A stretch of DNA of 32,000 nucleotides from Intrasporangium sp. (GTDB lineage Bacteria; Actinomycetota; Actinomycetes; Actinomycetales; Dermatophilaceae): positions 44,387 to 76,386 of the forward strand of contig NZ_JBDIAQ010000003.1 in NCBI RefSeq assembly GCF_039812505.1, written 5' to 3'. Shown piece by piece: positions 28,943 to 32,000 of this stretch. The notes under the pieces were generated by a model, which made no database searches, was not told the DNA's origin, and worked only from the letters and a program-made list of their open reading frames with translations. The translations under genes and the position numbers were made by a program. Within the stretch, counting starts at the first letter, position 1. Each line of letters opens with the position of its first letter.

Positions 28943-30444
28943 CCGGCACCCTGCTGGTGTGCGCCCCGTCCGGGCGCGAGGCCACGCACCTGCGGCAGGC
29001 ACCGGCCGCGCCCGCGGTGGCGCGCACCGGGGTCGGGCCGCTGGCCTCGGCGCGAGCGGCGGCCAGCCCCCGGGTCCGGCACGCGGACGCGCTGGCGGTG
29101 GTCGGCATCGGCGCCGGTGTGGCCGCGGGGCTGGCCCCGGGTGACGTCGTGGTGGCCTCGGAGGTCCGGCCGCCGCACGGCGCGGCGCTGCCCTGCTCCA
29201 GCGCCCCGCTGCTCGCGCATGCGCTGCGCCGGCAGGGGCTGCCGGTGCACGTCGGGCCGGTGGCCAGCGTCACGCACGTGGTGACCAACCGGGACCGCCG
29301 GGCCCTGGCCGCGACGGGGGTGCTCGCCGCCGACATGGAGTCGGTGTGGCTGCTGCGCCCGGCGCAGGCGGGGGCCCGGGCGGTCGTGCGGGTGGTCGCG
29401 GACCCGGCCGGTGAGCCGCTGCTGCGTCCCGGCACCCTGGCGCACGTCCGGCGGGCGCTGGCAACCCTGCCCGAGCTCGCGCCGGCGCTGACCGCCTGGG
29501 GCGCCGCGGCCGGCCCGCACCGGGTGCTGCTGGCCGGGCCGCGGTCCTTCTGCGCCGGCGTGGTGCGTGCCATCGAGGTCGTCGACCGGGCCCTGGACCA
29601 GCGCGGCGCCCCGGTCTACGTGCGCAAGCAGATCGTGCACAACAGCCACGTGGTGCGCCGGCTGCAGGAGCGCGGGGCGGTCTTCGTCGACGAGCTCGAC
29701 GAGGTGCCGGCCGGCGCCACGGTGATCTTCTCCGCCCACGGAGTGGCGCCGCAGGTGCGGGCGCAGGCGAACCGGCGCGGGCTGCAGGTAATCGATGCGA
29801 CCTGCCCGCTGGTGGCCAAGGTGCACGCCGAGGTGCGCCGGTTCGCCGACGGCGGCGACACGGTCATCCTCATCGGTCACCACGGGCACGAGGAGGCCGT
29901 CGGCACGATGGGCGAGCGGCCCGGCGCCACCGTGCTCGTTCAGGATCGCGACGAGGCCGAGCGGGTGCAGGTGCCCGACCCGACGCGGGTCAGCTACCTG
30001 GTGCAGACCACGCTCGCGGCCGACGAGGTGAGCGGCATAGTGCAGGTGCTGGCCCGACGCTTCCCGCACCTGCAGGCGCCCCCCTCCGAGGACATCTGCT
30101 ACGCCACCACCAACCGGCAGCTCGCCCTGCGCGCGGTGACCGGGCAGGCGCAGCTGGTGCTGGTGGTGGGCTCGGCCAACTCCTCGAACTCACAGCGTCT
30201 GGTGGAGACGGCGCGCCGCTGCGGCGTGCCCGCCCACCTCATCGACGACGTCGGCGGCCTCGACCTGGGGTGGCTCGCCGGCGTTGCGACGGTCGGACTC
30301 ACGGCCGGCGCCTCGGCCCCCCAGGAACTCGTCGACGAGGTCGTCACCGCGATCGGGGGCCTCGGCCCCCTGCAGGTGCACGAGGCACGACTCGTCGAGG
30401 AGAACGTCCATTTCAACGTGCCCAAGGAGGTACGAACGTCATGA
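28939..30444 (+). CDS. Fusion protein: hopanoid-associated phosphorylase/nucleosidase (HpnG-like, aa 1 to ~190) + 4-hydroxy-3-methylbut-2-enyl diphosphate reductase (IspH/LytB, aa ~194-501)
   Basis: A single uninterrupted frame. The N-part has PNP/UDP-phosphorylase-like 'ALAVVGIGAGVAAGL' and 'GVLAADMESVW'. The C-part has IspH 'LLAGPRSFCAGVVRAIE', 'IDATCPLVAKVH', 'GHHGHEEAVGT', 'DICYATTNRQ' and 'GSANSSNSQRL'. ATGA overlaps at both ends (shc stop, hpnH start). Confidence 0.85.
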   Translation: MTGTLLVCAPSGREATHLRQAPAAPAVARTGVGPLASARAAASPRVRHADALAVVGIGAGVAAGLAPGDVVVASEVRPPHGAALPCSSAPLLAHALRRQGLPVHVGPVASVTHVVTNRDRRALAATGVLAADMESVWLLRPAQAGARAVVRVVADPAGEPLLRPGTLAHVRRALATLPELAPALTAWGAAAGPHRVLLAGPRSFCAGVVRAIEVVDRALDQRGAPVYVRKQIVHNSHVVRRLQERGAVFVDELDEVPAGATVIFSAHGVAPQVRAQANRRGLQVIDATCPLVAKVHAEVRRFADGGDTVILIGHHGHEEAVGTMGERPGATVLVQDRDEAERVQVPDPTRVSYLVQTTLAADEVSGIVQVLARRFPHLQAPPSEDICYATTNRQLALRAVTGQAQLVLVVGSANSSNSQRLVETARRCGVPAHLIDDVGGLDLGWLAGVATVGLTAGASAPQELVDEVVTAIGGLGPLQVHEARLVEENVHFNVPKEVRTS

Positions 30445-31448
30445 CGATGCCACTTCGGCAGAGCGTCAGGATCGCCGCCTATCTGGCGGCCCAGAAGCTG
30501 CGCCACCGGGACAAGTTCCCCCTCCTCCTGGAACTGGAGCCCCTGTTCGCCTGCAACCTGGCCTGTGCGGGCTGTGGCAAGATCCAGCAGCCGGCCGACC
30601 AGCTGCGGCGCCGGATGCCGGTCGAGCAGGCCCTCGCGGCCGTCGAGGAGTGCGGCGCCCCGATGGTCTCGATCGCCGGCGGCGAGCCGCTCATGCACCC
30701 CCAGATCGACAAGATCGCCAACGAGCTGGTGGCGCGCAAGAAGTTCGTCTTCCTGTGCACCAACGCGACGCTGCTGCGCAAGTGGTGGGACCGGTTCGAG
30801 TTCAAGCCCTCGCCCTACTTCGCCTTCACGATCCACATCGACGGGCTGCGCGAGCGGCACGACGAGTCGGTGCAGCGCGAGGGTGTCTTCGACGAGGCCG
30901 TCGAGGCGGTGCGCTGGCTGAAGGAACGCGGGTTCCGGGTCACCTCGAACAGCACGTTCTTCACGACCGACAGCCCCCAGTCGGTCATCGACGTGCTGAA
31001 CTACCTCAACGACGACCTCCAGGTCGACGAGATGATGATCTCGCCCGCCTACGCCTACGAGAAGGCCCCCGACCAGGAGCACTTCCTCGGCGTGCAGGAG
31101 ACCCGCGAGCTGTTCCACAAGGTCTTCGCCGACGGCCGGCGCAAGAAGTGGCGCCTGAACCACTCACCGCTCTTCCTCGACTTCCTCGAGGGCAAGGTGG
31201 ACTTCCCGTGCACGGCGTGGGGGATCCCGAGCTACTCGCTCTACGGCTGGCAGCGGCCCTGCTATCTGCTGAACGACGGCTACACGAAGACCTACAAGGA
31301 GCTGGTCGAGACGACCGACTGGGACAGCTACGGCCGCGGCCGCGACCCGCGCTGCGCGAACTGTATGGCGCACTGCGGCTACGAACCGACGGCGGTCCTG
31401 GCCACGATGGGCTCGCTCAAGCAGTCGCTGCGCGCGATGCACCCGTAA
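30441..31448 (+). CDS. hpnH: Adenosylhopane synthase (radical SAM, HpnH), 335 aa
   Basis: 'EPLFACNLACAGCGK' (CxxxCxxC) and 'SIAGGEPLMH'. The C-terminal 'CANCMAHCGYEP' is typical of HpnH. AAGGAGG lies 10 nt upstream. TAA stop. Confidence 0.93.
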   Translation: MTMPLRQSVRIAAYLAAQKLRHRDKFPLLLELEPLFACNLACAGCGKIQQPADQLRRRMPVEQALAAVEECGAPMVSIAGGEPLMHPQIDKIANELVARKKFVFLCTNATLLRKWWDRFEFKPSPYFAFTIHIDGLRERHDESVQREGVFDEAVEAVRWLKERGFRVTSNSTFFTTDSPQSVIDVLNYLNDDLQVDEMMISPAYAYEKAPDQEHFLGVQETRELFHKVFADGRRKKWRLNHSPLFLDFLEGKVDFPCTAWGIPSYSLYGWQRPCYLLNDGYTKTYKELVETTDWDSYGRGRDPRCANCMAHCGYEPTAVLATMGSLKQSLRAMHP

Positions 31449-31456
31449 CCCGTCGG

Positions 31457-31474
31457 CCGGGCGCTTCGGCCCGG
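31457..31474 (+). terminator. Candidate hairpin after hpnH
   Basis: CCGGGC-GCTTCG-GCCCGG (6-bp GC stem, 6-nt loop) 8 nt after the TAA. Only a weak T-run follows (GGTTGT). Confidence 0.3.
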
Positions 31475-31526
31475 AGGGGGGTTGTCGGATGATGCCTGAC
31501 ACTCCTCTCGTGGGCGAGAATGCGGG

Positions 31527-32000
31527 ATGGCGTCATCTCCCGACCGGCTGGCCGCTGCGGAGCCGGGCTCACGGCGGGGTCCGGTTCGTCGCTGGGTCCG
31601 TGACCATCCGGCCGACATCGTCGACCTGTTCGTCTACGTCGTCGTGCTCAACCTCGCCATCGAGTACCTCCCTGCGGTCATCAGCGAGGGCTTCACCCTC
31701 TCGCTGCTGACGGCGGTCCTGCTGAAGGTCACGCTGGAGATCGTCCGGTTCCTCAAGGGTCGTATCGTGGCCCGGTTCCGGGTGGCTGCCACGCCGGGAC
31801 CCAAGGTGGCGGCGGCGCTGGCGTTGTGGGTGGTGGCCGCCGGGAGCAAGTTCGTGGTGCTCGAGCTCGTGGCGCTGTTCTTCGGCGACTCGGTGAGCCT
31901 GGGCGGGTTCATCCCGGTCACGCTTCTCGTCGTCGTCCTGCTCCTGTCACGGAGTGCGGTGCGGCTCCTGCTGATCGACCCGGCAGCGGGCGCCTCCTGA
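31527..32000 (+). CDS. Small hydrophobic membrane protein of unknown function, 157 aa
   Basis: The ORF ends with TGA exactly at the window edge. 3-4 predicted TM segments ('LFVYVVVLNLAIEYL', 'LSLLTAVLLKVTL', 'AAALALWVVAAGSKFVVLELVALFF', 'IPVTLLVVVLLLS'). High GC3. Start uncertain, with no clear RBS. Confidence 0.55.
   Translation: MASSPDRLAAAEPGSRRGPVRRWVRDHPADIVDLFVYVVVLNLAIEYLPAVISEGFTLSLLTAVLLKVTLEIVRFLKGRIVARFRVAATPGPKVAAALALWVVAAGSKFVVLELVALFFGDSVSLGGFIPVTLLVVVLLLSRSAVRLLLIDPAAGAS

Noticed and set aside
29524-30444. Calling hpnG and ispH as two separate genes
   Set aside because: There is no in-frame stop between the two domains, and no Shine-Dalgarno precedes the internal GTG at 29524. 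The sequence as given therefore encodes a fusion. Independent initiation at 29524 cannot be excluded (see finding).

Overview
High-GC actinobacterial chromosomal DNA, densely coding, with no rRNA, CRISPR or recognisable mobile element. All family calls come from reading motifs in the supplied translations; no database search was run. Nt 1-16.2k is a conserved housekeeping backbone: HAD hydrolase and metH, a PAC2-family protein, a kumamolisin-like S53 peptidase, mycothiol ligase mshC, a trio of SCO1664-family kinase-like protein / DUF3090 / histidine phosphatase, corA, uppP, an F420-type LLM oxidoreductase, a small acidic-tail protein, DUF5703 and an M20 peptidase. It ends at tRNA-Leu(GAG). Nt 16.3-20.8k carries an MFS transporter, ilvA, a translationally coupled HipA-like core kinase + DUF3037 pair, and a MarR regulator. 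Nt 20.8-32k is a tightly coupled hopanoid operon: dxs, hpnC, hpnD, hpnE, a polyprenyl synthase, shc, a fused hpnG-ispH ORF, hpnH and a small membrane protein. An AT-rich spacer with a perfect 15-bp direct repeat precedes it. The best candidates for undescribed biology are the HipA-like/DUF3037 module, the HpnG-IspH fusion, and the mshC-linked kinase-like/DUF3090/phosphatase trio. Most very long ORFs in the six-frame track are off-frame or antisense artefacts of high GC content.
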